A stretch of 64,000 nucleotides of DNA from Ramazzottius varieornatus. Taxonomy: Eukaryota > Animalia > Tardigrada. The notes beneath the pieces were generated by a model. The model was not told the DNA's origin. It saw only the letters and a list, made by a program, of their open reading frames with translations, and ran no database searches. Where the stretch lies: positions 1 through 64,000 of the forward strand of contig BDGG01000024.1 in NCBI GenBank assembly GCA_001949185.1, in the 5' to 3' direction. A program made the position numbers and the translations under genes. Below, in pieces: positions 23,734 through 37,469 of the stretch; positions within the stretch are counted from its first letter, which is position 1, and every line of letters begins with the position of its first letter.

Positions 23734-24155
23734 GGGACAGTTTTATGCGTTTCGTTTGCTAATTGCCCAAATGAAGAACTCAGAATAAAATCAAACAAGA
23801 CTTCAGCCTAGAGTTGAAAGTGGGGCTGCTGGGTTGGATTTCCACCACTTAGCCAGTCTATCAAGGTCAAAAATTTATGAAGGAAAATTAATACTGGCAC
23901 TTCCGGTCGACTATCAGAAAATCAAGACCCTCAGCCCAATCAAGCGAGAGCCACCGGTCTACACTGGAAAGAGCGCCGTTGTTCCGGCTGGCCAGCACGG
24001 CCTTGACAAGGCAGAACAACCAAGATAGCTGATCCATGACTCCATGTGCGATTAAGATCTCACTGCTGCATTCCTTCCATCGCTTACTTTCCTTCAGTTC
24101 TTCCGTCTGTCTCTTGAAAGTGCTGTTGTACACAGAAACTAGTCCTGTTTTGACC

Positions 24156-26173
24156 ATGGAGGAGTTGGATGCTGAAGGATCGACGGAAGGAGGGACGACT
24201 TCGAAGCTGCAGGAGCGTCTGCATCTGCTTGCAAGAATTGCTGGACGGCGCGCTGACGATCGACGAGTAACTTACCTGGACCGTCATCCCGAAGTGGAAA
24301 ATTTCCATCACGATCGGGATTTCGCGCAATGTCTGGACAGGATCAGAACGGTAGAATGCGTGGATGAAGAGCTGTCTTTGACCGCTGTCCAGAAGCTGAT
24401 CTATATATTCATTTCTTTCTTCCAGGATGATATTCGATGCTCTGCTCCTTCCTGTCGTTGCAAAATACCCTCCAGGCATGCTGAGGGATGGCGTGTCCGT
24501 CCATCAAAGCCTGTCAGAGAAATTCTGAGCCATCAAAGACACAAAGTAAGAAGCTGAAAGATGGAAGAATCCATCATAAATTTCGTGTTGTATTGATACA
24601 ATGACAGAAAAAATACTGATAACGTCATGATTTGGTGCTGTTTCACCTACGTCACGGAGATGGTTTCAGCTGGCAGTTCGGCAAGAAACCTAGACAAGTT
24701 CGATCCTCCAAGTGCCGCACATTCTCGGTCTTATTGGCCAAGAATGTGCGCCACTGGGGGAAACGATCCTATATATGAGTTTGTCCACCCCAACCCCAAT
24801 TGGAACCTGAAGTGGATTTTCACCTCCGCTTGCTTTCAGGACGAATTGTGGTTTCTGTGCCAGCTTGCATCCAGCCAAAGTGGTCCGGAGCTGCGGAAGC
24901 AGTGTCAAGTTTCCACGCAGCTTCGTCAGCAGTACACGGATCGATTGAAGCTCGCAGGGCGTTCCTTTCAAATGAGCGATGTCTGGTAAAATAAAGTGCT
25001 AATTGGTTTCGCTGGTTTTCATCCGTCTTTCTGTGTGGTTGCAGGAATCGTCAGAAAGAGATAGAAGTGCGAGAAATCCTGCACGGCGAACTGGACTCGC
25101 GGCAGAGGTTGATCAACGACCAGCTGATCCAGTGCCAGGACACCAAAGAGTGGGCCGACAAGACCAAGAACGCCAAGCAGCTGACCAACATCTCTGTCAG
25201 TGCCGTCCGACAAGCCAAGAACCCCGGCCCCATGGGACGGGACGAAGAGACGGGCAAGAAGTTGTACAAAGTGGAGAGGATCCTGGGCGTCGAGTGGTAC
25301 CAAGGCAAGATGTGGTACCTCATCAAATGGGAAGGTTAGCATCTTAATTTTGTTGCTCACCGAATATTGCTCGCCCAATATTCACACTCTGTGGTATTTT
25401 CTAGGCTGGGCACTGGAAGAAAGCACATGGGAAGTCAATGTTCAAGCGGAAGAATGCGTCAAGTACTTTTACAAAATGTTCGGGTGAGTTTAAGGTTCTT
25501 GTCTAACCACCAAACTGTGCGCGAAAAATTAGCGGGATTATCGATCTCGATACTTTTCCATTTTTCATCTAGAAAACCTTTCGACTTGAAGAAGAAGATT
25601 CTGTCACCGGAAGGCGACGAATTTGAAGCGTGGGAGAAGGAGCACAAAACTCTGACACCGGTCAAGTCCAAGACACGCAATGGCAAAACCAAGTCGCTCA
25701 AACGCAAAAAAGACGATACTCAAACACCAAAACAAATTCCAGACAAAACACCAATGGTTAGTCCAGAAAGCCAAGCTGAGCCGAGAAGTGTCCAGACTAT
25801 CGAAATAATCACCCTTTCCGACGAAGAAACTAACGAAGCCGCTGTTCCATCAGTATCGGCACGAACAAACAAGGCTGATTCAAGCAAGGGAGTCAGCTGG
25901 GAGTCTCTTGGGCAAAGTGAGGCTTCTGGGTCGCTTGAGCCAAAGAGAAGGAAGCATCATGGTCGGGAAAAGAAGGCGGCAACGAGCGTCAAGGTGGAGG
26001 CCATCCTGAAGAGTATGCGCGATGTTCAAGGCAAGAAGTGGTACTTGGTCCGCTGGAGCGGATCGACCAGTGGCCAGTCGGAGTGGGAAGCCGAGAAGGA
26101 CCTGCGAGACGCCAAACACGGAGACGCCATCGAACTCTTCATCAGTCAAACCAAGTATGCACAGCAGTCGTAG
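24156..26173 (+). CDS. Double-chromodomain protein (about 6 exons)
   Basis: LYKVERILG...WYLIKWEG/WALEESTWE and VKVEAIL...WYLVRWSG...SEWEAE separated by a Lys-rich hinge; N25 palindrome in an intron at 24710-24756. Confidence 0.8.
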
Positions 26174-26232
26174 GTAACGATTCCAGGCGCGGAGTTGATT
26201 CGGCAAACAAACCCGGCAAAGATTTTTATCCC

Positions 26233-26361
26233 AAGTGACGCATTCTTTCAGCAAACAACACTGAAAACGTATGCCACTTGGAGGAACAAACCAACTCGAC
26301 AAGATTGTTGTTTCAAGTGGCGCGCACACTCGGTCTTGTTGACTGAAAGCGTGCGCCACTT
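26233..26361. repeat. Double N25-palindrome array downstream of the chromodomain gene stop codon
   Basis: Units start at 26233 and 26315. Confidence 0.85.
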
Positions 26362-27191
26362 GGGAAAGGTCAGCATGTCGAGTTTTTCCCAATCTGCCTT
26401 TTTTCTACAAAAGTTTCTACGTAGTTTGTTCTCGGCACGGCCTTGACAAGCGTTGTGTATTTCGTAGAAAAAGGGCAGAAACTTTGGCACGGCCCTGATG
26501 AGTATTTCCATAGAAGAACAGCGTTGAGAACTTGAGCGCTGAATAACTCCTTCCAACTACAGTAAATCACCAATATTCTGATACTGTTCTGGAAGATACT
26601 GTACGCACGGTACACGACGTAAGAATAGTTGACCTAGTTTGCCTTCGTGTTGCAGCGACCGAAGAAGGACCGCTCCGAAGCACTGCATGGCAAAAGGCAC
26701 AAGCCACAGCTCAGCCCATTAAACATTCGACACGGAAAGGTGATTTTACTAAATGTTGGCCAGCCGTTAATTTCCCGACTTTTTTTGTCAACGTCTGTGC
26801 ACAGTAGAGCCAGACGTGGTTACTTTAGCAGAGTACCTGACGAAAATGTTTTCTAATTTTATGCACTGTGCTCCAGCTCGGCGTCCGTTTGCCTTGTTGT
26901 AATTTTCTGTCCTTTCCTTCCGTGGGTTTCTAAACACGCTCCTAACGTTGTCCGTTTTATTTTTAACTCAAAATACTCTGGCGAATGTTCTTCCCTCCAG
27001 CGTTTAGCAATAGGGGGTTACAGCAAAGTTTTTAACGTTCACAATAAACTTTTTTCAGTTTAGTTGGACCCAGAGTTGTACGGTGGAGGGAAGGTCGGCT
27101 CCACAAGCGCCATACTCGGCGACGATGCTGGCTGAGCGTTTACAAAAAGGGTAAAGTGAAGAAAAATGTCTGTGGAAAGTTGTCAGGAAAG

Positions 27192-30158
27192 TTAGAAGCG
27201 AATGGCTCCCGTTTGTATCCTGTGGAAGATGTCGTTGGTTAGTGGCTGGTAGGAGGACGTTGTGGCCTCCCAATAGTACAAGTGGTCCTGGCCCACTTTG
27301 TCCAGATCGTAGGCGGCTTCACGTAGCCGCACCTTCATGATCTTAAACGTACCTGCCGTAACCATGTCCAAATTAAAAAAGCAGGCAACAGGGTTTGACT
27401 AAAGCAGAGACTCGAGGTCGTAGGACACAAGCTAGCAGTCGACGTACCGGTCACTTCCAATTGTGCGCCCAAGAAGCGCAGGAAGAGCGGACGGGCGAAG
27501 GCCGCCAAGCCTTGCTTGATATCATCCGACAGCTTCTTCATGTCAACGTCGGAATCCAAGCACGCTATACAGGCCATGCCAGCTTTCCCTTCGCAACCTG
27601 CAGAGAAAGCAACATTAATCAACCGCCCCAACGGCTGGTCCAATTGGAGTGTCTGGCAGAAACCAGACAAGTTTAGTTTTCCCAAGTGGCGCACTTTGAC
27701 AGTATGATTGGCCAAGAGGGTGCGCCACTTGGGAAAAAACAATCTTGTCCAGTTGATTTTTCGGGTCTGATTTTCACCTGGAACATCCACTCCAAATGCT
27801 GCCACATCAACATCATGTGTCAATCTGCTAATGGTCCCCTCCACTTCGGTGGTTGAGACGTTCTCGCCTTTCCAACGAAAAGTGTCACCCGTCCGATCCA
27901 CAAAGAAAACATAGTCTTCCTCATCCTATGACAAAATAAAAAGGTAAGAAAATGGCACTTCAACTGGGTCAAGTCGACCGTACCTTCACTAAAATATCGC
28001 CTGTACGAAAGAATACATCGCCAATCTCAAAGACATTCTGTAGTTTCTTCTTCTGTGTGGCGTCTTTCTGCAGATAGCCGTCGAACTGGCTGAACTTGTT
28101 GTTGGAAATCCTGCCGATGAGTTCGCCAGGTTCGTTGGCTTTACAAAGTATGCATAAGCCGCGGTCGTTCCTGATGGGTTCATTGGTTTCTCTGTCGACT
28201 CTGATCACGTACTGCTGCTTGACGTACTCCACCCATTTGGAGGAGAAGCCGATGGCGCCTGGTTTACCGTCAAAGTTGACCATGCCAACGTTACCCTCCG
28301 TCGAGCCATAACACTCGGCCACCATCCTGATACCGAACCTCTCGACGAACTCTGTCCAGATCTGCGGCCGCAGTCCCACACCGTAGATGAGTCGAAGGGA
28401 ATGGCCTTTGTCCATTGGGGAAGGTGGCTGAGCCAACAAGTAGCGACACAGTTCGCCCACATAGTGGAAGACCGTACACTGGTACTGACGGATGTCCTCC
28501 CAGAAACGCGAAGCCGAGAAGGACTTGCGCAGAACCACGGTGGTACCGAAGAAGAGCGCTTGTCCGATAGCGATCAGTCCCCCAGCACTGAAACGAACAG
28601 TGCCTCCTATAGCTACAATGGCAGCTCGGCAAACAAGCCCAAAAACAATTGTCATCCCAAGTGGCGCACTTCTCTCTGATATTAGGCTCGAAGCGTGCGC
28701 CACTTTGGACAACGATCCTGTCGATCTTTTCTCTGCCAAGTGGCGCACGTTATCATCCAATAACACCGAACAGATGCGCCACTTGCGAAGTTTCTTCCCC
28801 TAGGTTCTGATGGAGTTACCTGTGGTACAGCGGAAGTGTGCAGTACAGCACATCATCCCCCCTAATCCTGATGATGTAATGATGGGAGATGGCGTAAGTG
28901 TACAGACGGTGGGTGCTGATCAAGCAGGGCTTGGGCAAGCCCGTGGTCCCCGACGTGTAGATGTAGTAGACCGTGTCGTAGTAGCCTACTGCCCTTCGCA
29001 CTTCCGGTTTAGTCGGCGGTTGCTCCTTCAACAGTTCATCCAGGCATGACAAGTCGGTCTTTGTGTTTGTTAGGTCTCGGTCCTCGCAGAAGAGAAGGGT
29101 TCGCTGGACGGTGGGCAGAGCGGACTGGATGGGCAGGTAGTTGACCAGAAGGTCTAGGCCCACGATAACCACTTTGGCCTTGGCTGTCGTAATGGCGTGC
29201 TTCAGGGCTTCATCCTTGACGTTGATGTTGATCAGCGCCGCGATAACGCCAATCTTGTTTAGACCCAACCACATTGCAATGTACTGCGGACTAGAAAGAT
29301 GAAAAGGTTATTCGTAAAAGAAGGCGCGTACTACTGTATTATCACCCGCCTCCATCTGAAGCGTCCGCAGAAAGTAAACAGAAGGTAAGTTCCGCAAAAT
29401 GAGAACTCTGGCAACAAACTCGACAAGATTGGTTTGCCAAGTGGCGCACGTGTCCAGTGTTATCGACCGACAGCGCGCGCCACTTGGCCACACCATCTTG
29501 TCGAGCAGAGTTGTTTTCCCAAGTAGCGCACGTACACTGTCTTGTTGGCTGGATACGTGCGCCTGTTTGGGGAACAAACTCGCCGACTTGTCTACCGCTC
29601 CCCCAAAAATATCAAGATTAATATTTGAACACTAGTTTCAGGGGGACGGCAGAAAAAAAACCGGGAAGCTGCGGACCATACCAAGAGGTGGCGACGAGTG
29701 CCACGCAGTCTCCCTTTTCCAGCTTCTCAGCATTCAAAAAGTGATTGGCCACCCGGTTGGCATAATCGTCCACCTGTTGCGCTGTCCACCTCGCATCGCC
29801 ATAACGGAAGATGACCTTATCTCCATGTTTCTTCAGCCTTCGCTCAAAGATAGTGGCCGCTGAGAGATTCTCTTTGCCCCTCAGGAATGTGTACAGAACA
29901 ACCTGCGCCGATCCAAGGGCGGCCCTACAACGAGCAAGTATCAAAGCCTAATTGACCATCGTGCGCGGATGAATCAAGTGCTTACCGATATTCCCGTCGA
30001 GCAAAGCGTCCAACAACACCGGGAAAGACACTTGGGTAATACCATAGCGCAAAGGGTAAAACCAACAAAAGGAAAAGAATGTAATGTCCGCCTAGCAGGA
30101 AAACAACACTGCAGACGGGCAAAACATACCCCAGAAAGATCACCGATTTATCCATCAT
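27192..30158 (-). CDS. SLC27A: Long-chain fatty acid transport protein / very-long-chain acyl-CoA synthetase
   Basis: Motifs YIYTSGTTGLPK, YGSTEG, FFRTGD, DRTGDTFRWKGENVSTTEVE; hydrophobic N-terminus. Confidence 0.95.
27684..29567. repeat. Five N25 palindromes in three FATP introns
   Basis: Units start at 27684, 28659, 28738, 29439 and 29521; all have 25-bp spacers. Confidence 0.9.
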
Positions 30159-30896
30159 TATTTCTTTTCATATTATTCCATGGACTGAAAAGTCATCTAA
30201 ATGTTTCAGAAGAGTAATCTCCTGTGGAAATGACTTTGGCGTGTTGTCTGCTGATAATGTGACAACAGGCTGGGTATACGGAAGGACGAAGTGGAACGGT
30301 AAAGAATAGCGCTAGCGGCAAACCGGATGCCATATTATATCATGACGATAAAAAGCGCAACAGCCAAGGCGTCCGGTATGGCCTACAGCGTCACGGACCC
30401 TCGTTTGTTTACTTCCCATCCGCTATCCACCATATCGGACTGAAACAGTCATGTGTGCCCACGGTATACAGGTTCTGTTTGTGGTCTGTACTCGTGTCAA
30501 GTTGACTTTCTGGCGGGCAAAGTCCCTTTTAAAGCTGTATTTGGGGGAAAGATTACGCCATTTGCACTTTGAACTTGACATCTGCCACACCAGCGGCAAT
30601 CTCTCAGATAAATCTTCCCTGCAGATTCCTTAATCAGTCCTCACCTACTTGACTTCGTCAAAACGGCTTCTCCGCTGCATGCATTCACTGACTTCGGTAC
30701 ACAGTCGTTTATCCAACATTTCGTTTCAAACTGTGGAAACGCCGTGATAAAACGATATTATCGAGTGTTGTCTACTGTGCTTGTAAAATTAATTGTATGT
30801 ACAAATTTGAAGTCAACCTTTGTTAAACGCAGGACCATGCTTTGGCTAAACATGTATTAACAGCTTCAGAGTCCGGACAGAAAACTTACAAGATAG

Positions 30897-33800
30897 TCAC
30901 GTCAGAGTCTTCTGCAGGAGAAGCTGATCCCAGTCGATCTGCGCCTCAAAGACCTCACGCTTCAGCCATTCTTCGTAGTCATACCTGCAATAACTCACCC
31001 AAGTTACTTCTGGAAACGACATCCAGCCCACAACTGTACTGAAGACAAGAGGGAAACTCAAGCCGAACCTGCATACCTCAGTCCAGACACTTATCATGAA
31101 CGGGAAGTATGCAGGTACATGTCACACCTCTATATCTCCCCTCTAACGAGTCAAACTGTACCTGAAGTTGTCTGGTAGGCTGACACGCATGCTCAGAGCC
31201 CCGGCCAGGCTGTGATCTAACGACTGGAACTCTTCCAGGCCAGGCTGGACATATGGGGCATTAGGTCTCAGGATGTGATGGTAGCGGCGGTTGTTGAAGA
31301 CGTCCAACAAGACGCGCAACTTCCGCTCCTCCACCTGACAATCCACACGCTTCACTTCATGCTCCGGCACTACAAGGAGCAAGCCCATTCTCTAGCGTTT
31401 GTTCCTTCGTTATGCATCGATCAGTCCGTACAAGAGACCGTGAAAATGATGCTGAGCTATTTTCCCCTACGAAATACCGGTCAAGGCCGTGCTGGGCACG
31501 AACTTGACGGCCACAGTACATCCTTACCGTTGCCATAAGCCCAGTCGTCCATCAGACGATGGCGGACCTTCTCATAGATGGCTGATAGTGTCCGCATATT
31601 CATCCTTCGCCACTGCCTTCCCAGGAATTTGGACTGCAGTTTGAGAGCTTTCAGCGTGTATAACTGCATGACACAGTGGCGAACTCTGAGAGCCCGCTTG
31701 AGGATGGCGGCCGACTTGAAGAGCACCAGAACCTAAACCACGCAAACCATCAATTTCCGGTCAACATCGGGCTATTGAATGTAACGAGCATGAAGCAGAA
31801 CGTACTAAAATGCGCGATCGTTTCCATTTGGCCAGCTTGTTGAGGACGCGCATGAGGTTGATGCAGGAGTGAAGGTTGCGCCAGACGATGACCTGATCAC
31901 CCATCACTTCCAGCTGTTCTTTGGAGATCTCAGGAGAGGTTAGGTAACAGCAGGCTGGATAGTTCAGCACCGGCACCCTAACAAGCACAGGCACTAAAAG
32001 CTCGGCAGAAAGACAGGATTGGTTCCAACAAGTGGCGCACATTCCCGGCAGTACCGGCTGCAAGCGTGCGCCACTTGGAAAAACCATCTTGTCACATTTG
32101 TTTGCTTTTCCCAAGTGACTCAGGTCTTCCGCGTTATCGGCTAGCAGTGTGCGTCACTTGGGAAAACGATCTTGCCCTTATCGTTCGCCTAAGTGACCAT
32201 TATCGAGACGCCTACCAGGAAAAATTGCTTAGGATAATAAGTATCTTACTCGTTTCTGGCAAGAACGTGTCCCATGATATTCTGGTTGAGGAACTTGAGG
32301 ATGAGCGCCATACAGTTGGCCATCACAAGGTGCTGCGCCACCGTTTCAAACTACAGAACGAAAACCAGATGCTTTCATACTGCAGTTCAATGAATGGGTA
32401 TTCAACTGTGTGGTCGACAAATGATTAGTACCTGATAAACGTGGTTGGTCTTGAGCTGTTTGAGCAGTAGAAGGATGACGGAGCTGATGGTCTTGACCAG
32501 GATCTCTTTATGGCGGTTGGTGTCCACCGTCATTCTCATACTCTGAATGACGTTCGTCCTGCAAATGACATGCCTTTACTGCATATATTTTTTGCCTATC
32601 ATCCATGCTTTCTCATGCTGATACTTTTCCTTACGGTGGGTGTTCCGGAAGAACATCGGTGACGACGTTCAACGAGTCCGGTTTGGCTTTGGTTGTCGGT
32701 GAAGAGGCCAGCAGGACTTTCAACAGAGCAATCTACGACGCAAAGAAACGAGCTCCGTTTCACAATGGAACATAAAAACTGACTTGGTCGAGACAAACAA
32801 GTCCACTTCCGGTTGGCCACTTACAACGTAGTTGCCCATCTGCAGCAGCAAGGCTTGGTACATCCTTTCCACCGGCGAATCCGCCACTCCATCGTCCTTC
32901 TGCAGAGAAAACAACCATCAGCCGAAATTGTACGAAACTTTGACAGGAGAATGTCGGAGAGGAAGTCTTTATCGTTACCTGCGACATGGGATACTTGGCG
33001 ATGGCTTTCTCCTTGGCCAACTGGACATCGCTCAGCGAGACGTAGACATACTTTCGCATCACCTGAATACTCTCCTCGATCGGCTTGGGCAGTCCAATCA
33101 AGGTGGCGTTATCGTCCGGAAGACTGACGCCCACAAACTTGTCTCGCGAAGTGTGGATGAACCTGCCCAGGGAAAAAGCAGTCGATTTACTGGAGATCGC
33201 TTTCCCGAGTGGCGCACGTTTCCATTGGTAATGGCTGAACACATGCGCCACATGAGAAAAACGCAGGCTCGCCAAGTTTGTTGATATTCCCACGTGGCGC
33301 ACGACTTTAACGTTACTGGCTGACAGCGTGCGTCACTTGGAGAAACGATTTTGTCGAGTTTGTTTACTAGAAATTTCGGTTGATTAATGTGGTATCTCGT
33401 TACCTGTCGATTTCTTCTTGGCGAACCTTGGGTGTCCAGGGCAGACTCTTGGACCAGGGCAGTTCCGGTCGTGTCGTAAAGGCTTCCGGTTGCGAGTCGG
33501 TGCGCTTGGTGGGATGCTCGATATGCTTGACTTCCAGCTCTTCCTTGATATCTTCCCGTTCGTCGTCCACATTCGGCGGCTCGTCGCTCTCCTGTACGTT
33601 GCTGAACCAGAAAGCCGGTGCGTTGGTGTCGGCGCTGCCATTCGACGGTTGCGTCTACAGCGACAAAAACCCAGACCATCTCGCACATCATTTGCAGTCC
33701 AACTAAGAACAAAAGCGGGTTTAGCCTACCTTGTATTTGGAGAGTGTCGAGTTGCGCCGACCCTTTCCTCCATCGACCATTTCGGAAGCGGACAGCGGCG

Positions 33801-35793
33801 GCGTGGAGGCCCGCATCCTGCCAGCCACCTCCAGCGTGTCTTCGCTAATCGGACTCAACCCCGCAGCGGCTCGCCGTTCATTCTTATCCTTCTTCAGCTC
33901 GAACATTCCCCCACCGGAGGCCTATAGATGAGAAAAAGCATAAACTACTGTGCTGGATCAATTACTCGCATTTTATCCAGAAGAGGGCGCAACGCGGACC
34001 AGTGAGAGGTTCAACCTACATACACAAAGCAGTACATTTAACGTCGACCGGAAATATGCAGGTACATGTCGCACTAGTACATTCTGGAAATTACTAGAGC
34101 ATAAGAATAGCCGCCCAGGACGTACCAAGAGAATTTTCCAGATGAGTAGAAGGATTTTCTTCAGCGGATAGTGCGGTGCCGAACCACTGGCAAACTTGAG
34201 GAAGAGTTCGAAGAGTGACTGTAAGATGATAGTCTTGCCGAAGATGACGCTGCCCAACTCTTCCGCCAGTTCCCTGCGTTGCTCATCGTGCGAGCTGTCC
34301 ATTCCGTCGGGTCGGCGCATCAGCTCCACCATGCTGTACAGAATGTTACACAGTGTTCGCATCTGCTTACTGTCAGCGATGGACAAGGCCGGCAATCGGA
34401 TCAGATTCCGAGGGGCACTAAAACGAATCTTCCGTTACATTAGCGGCATTCCAGGCAACATGGGACGTCGGCACGACTTCGTTCATGTAAGTGGCGCACA
34501 GTCCCGCTAACGACAATGAAAACGTGCACCACCTGAGGAAAGCGATTTGGGTGAAGTGTTTGCCGACGCTCCACATTAGAAACATTCATGAACGAATCCC
34601 TATTCAACTTAAGGTCAGCAGGGATAGTGTTCTCGACTTACTCTGCTTCAAGTAGAAGAAGCTGGACGAACAGCTTCAGCGCTCCCAAGCGATGGAAGCG
34701 GAAAGCGTTGTCGCGCGCGACCATCAAGACGTGATCTTTCTCGATGTGAAGGAAGGCACCTACCAACAAAACAGCTTGTCGGTAAGCGTGTATCTCTAGA
34801 CAGTTTGAGATATAGCTGGTTTCGGAACGATCTGGGTATACCTTGAAGTAAATACAGCGCAGTGCGGCAAGCTTCCGAACGGATAGGTGCTTCCTGTCGC
34901 TCGCAGTGCTCCAAGACGTTCTCCATGAAGGAAAGCTTCGTCCGTTCTGGCAGAGCCTCCCATGAGACATCTCTCGAACCTGCAAATGCGCAAAGGTGTG
35001 TAGCCATCTCTTACGCTGGAAGGATAAAAGACCTTTCGCCAGCAAAGGAGCACCCTTGCTAGCGGCAAGGGTGCTGCAGTGATACACACTTACATGACAT
35101 TACTGGTATTACACACGACACCACAACATGTGGAAGGCGTCACAGGATTGGTACGTTAACCGGTCGAAGATGCACAAATCGATGACGTCCTGTACGAACG
35201 AACAGTATGTTTTCAAAAGTTACCCGTATGGACGTCAGGAGCACCCTTTCGCCATGTATCCCAGTGTTCCAGGAAAGCGTGATAATTGCACAGGAACTCC
35301 GGTACCTCCGAGTAACTGTAAAGCTCTAGAAAAAAGAAGAAACCATCGAAATGTCAAATTTGTGCAGTCTAGAAGACACATTCTCCATCAGGCTGCTGCT
35401 TACCCGATAACTCCACCTGCAAGGTATCCGCGTCTCCATAATCGTAAATCAAGTCCGGATCGTCCTGCGAGCCGCCACCCTGCAAGCGCACAACAACGAT
35501 CTAAAAAGAGAGGTAATATTTCAGGAAAAGAAACGTACGGGAAAGTCTTCGGGGCCATTGCTGTCACGGCTGAGTTTATTCCACGGGACATCATTGCGTC
35601 GCTGTCCACCGCTCCAGGGGCTTTCCAGATCACCAAACAAGTCCGCATCGCCATCTCCAATCTCCAGAGAGGGCAAGATGGGGACGGAGCAGGAGGGAAT
35701 GTCCTTGTCGTCCAGTGGCTCACTGCAGGAGTCCAACTCAGCAAGCACGTCTGCGCTCACGCCTTCCATCACCAGCTCTCCACCGTTGTGCAT
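30897..35793 (-). CDS. STRIP: Striatin-interacting protein (STRIP1/2, FAM40)
   Basis: PHYPLKKILLLIWK, NRHKEILVK, FLGRQWRRMNMRTLSAIYEKVRHRLMDDWAYGN, YEEWLKREVF. Confidence 0.93.
32030..34534. repeat. Five palindromes in three STRIP introns
   Basis: Units start at 32030, 32113, 33207, 33292 (N25) and 34489 (N24). Confidence 0.9.
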
Positions 35794-36049
35794 CTTCGTC
35801 CCTGAGCCTTTCTTAACCTGAATCACACTTTCGACATGATGCCGTAGCACCACAAAACCAATGTTCTCGAAGCATTCGATCAGCAGTAGTGAGAGTGGGA
35901 CACAAAACTTATGATAAGCAGCCTTTTACCATACTGAGACCTCCCTATTGCCCGCCATCTGCCACATAGTCCCCACTTTTGGTGACTCGTAAGGTGAGGA
36001 TGCGCTTTATCAATCAACATTGAACAATCAACAATTACGCCGTCAGTTA

Positions 36050-36218
36050 CAGTGTACGACAAAATTAACCGTTAAAAATGGGCGTAACACTGCAGCTAGA
36101 GCTTATTTAAAAATTAGCCACTGAGAATTATGTTTTGCTGTATGCGCAAATTTCGTTGGCTTTATCCATCTGGCTCCATTTAACACCCATTTTTGACGGT
36201 TTATGTTGTCATACACTG
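36050..36218. mobile_element. Tc1/mariner-type MITE upstream of STRIP
   Basis: TA-flanked TIRs of about 38 bp, CAGTGTAYGACAA...AACCGTYAAAAATGGG. Confidence 0.75.
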
Positions 36219-36581
36219 TACCATACTGTACTTCCCAGGGACCTCTTCGTCTGAACTCGGAACCCATTCCATCCTAGTCCCGAATGGACCAAGTCCCATA
36301 CATATTCGTTGGAACTTGGAATTTGCAGATGAAAGATACACACTTCCCTTAGCTGTCTTCCAGAAATACGCTACCATGACTGACCATACGTGACTGAAAA
36401 TCATTTTATCGCCACAGCTGAACATGGCTTCTGAGCTCGTAACTCTATACAGCGTCACAATCAACGAACGGTTACATCAATATCCAATAACGAAACGGTG
36501 AAAGAAGAATGAACATAAGATATTCGTATTTATTATCTGTGGAAATTTGAAAGCAAAGAGAAGAAATAACTCAAACCGAGA

Positions 36582-37469
36582 TCAGGTTCTTCCCGTATCT
36601 TTCTGATGCTCCAGTATCCTCAGTCGTCTTCTCAACTCGGCCACTTCCCTCTCCACTTCGACAGCGTGGACTTTCAGGTGGTCCTTGGACAGCTTCTCCA
36701 GGTTCTCCGACAGGACTTTAGCCCATTCTTCGGCGTACCCGCGATCCAGCGCGACATAGTTGCCATCTTCTTCCTCCGTCGATTCGCTTTCCTGCTGATC
36801 GGCCATCAGGAACTGTGAGACATTGTGAGGTGCAGGGCATACGAGTTGGCTTCTTCTGCGTTCAGCACGGATCCGTTCCTTCTCTTCCCACTCCTTCTCC
36901 TGCCAGGTCAGCTGGCAGTAGGGCTTCCAAGTGGACTTCCGGTCACGACGACGTGACGACGGCTTACTAGAAGAACTAGCACCATCATCATCACAAGCGA
37001 ACGTATCACCACGTACCGCAGGAATGACTGACACTGGCCGACCATCAAGCGAACCCTCGGATGTTTCTAGGCTCTGATGGCTTCTTCCAGAGTTATGAAA
37101 ATGAGAAAAGTTACCTGATCCGCACGGCACTCCCATTCTGTTCCTGGTTTCACTGGGCACGGTGGCGGTGACGGCGCTACCACCCGATACACTTACCACC
37201 TCCGTCGAATCGCACTTCTTACCCTTCTGACTCAGTCTTCTGGACGCTTCTGGATGTCTACTCCCTATACTTCTGACGAAAATCTTCTACTTGAGAAGTA
37301 CACGATGAGGAGATGAAAATTTCTGAGCTCGAGAAACTAGCAGACTGGAAAGGCTGACGACGGAAAAACGGACTGACAACGAAACGGCTGCACCAGCCGT
37401 TCTCTCAAAGTCGATTGAAGGACAGCGCCGCCCATCCAGCTTGCGCCTGATGCCTGACGAAGTCTCCAT
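36582..37469 (-). CDS. HEXIM: HEXIM (P-TEFb inhibitor); 5' exon structure uncertain
   Basis: Basic patch RRRDRK, WKPYCQLTWQEK, APHNVSQFLM (PYNT-like motif), acidic patch, C-terminal coiled coil. Confidence 0.85.
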
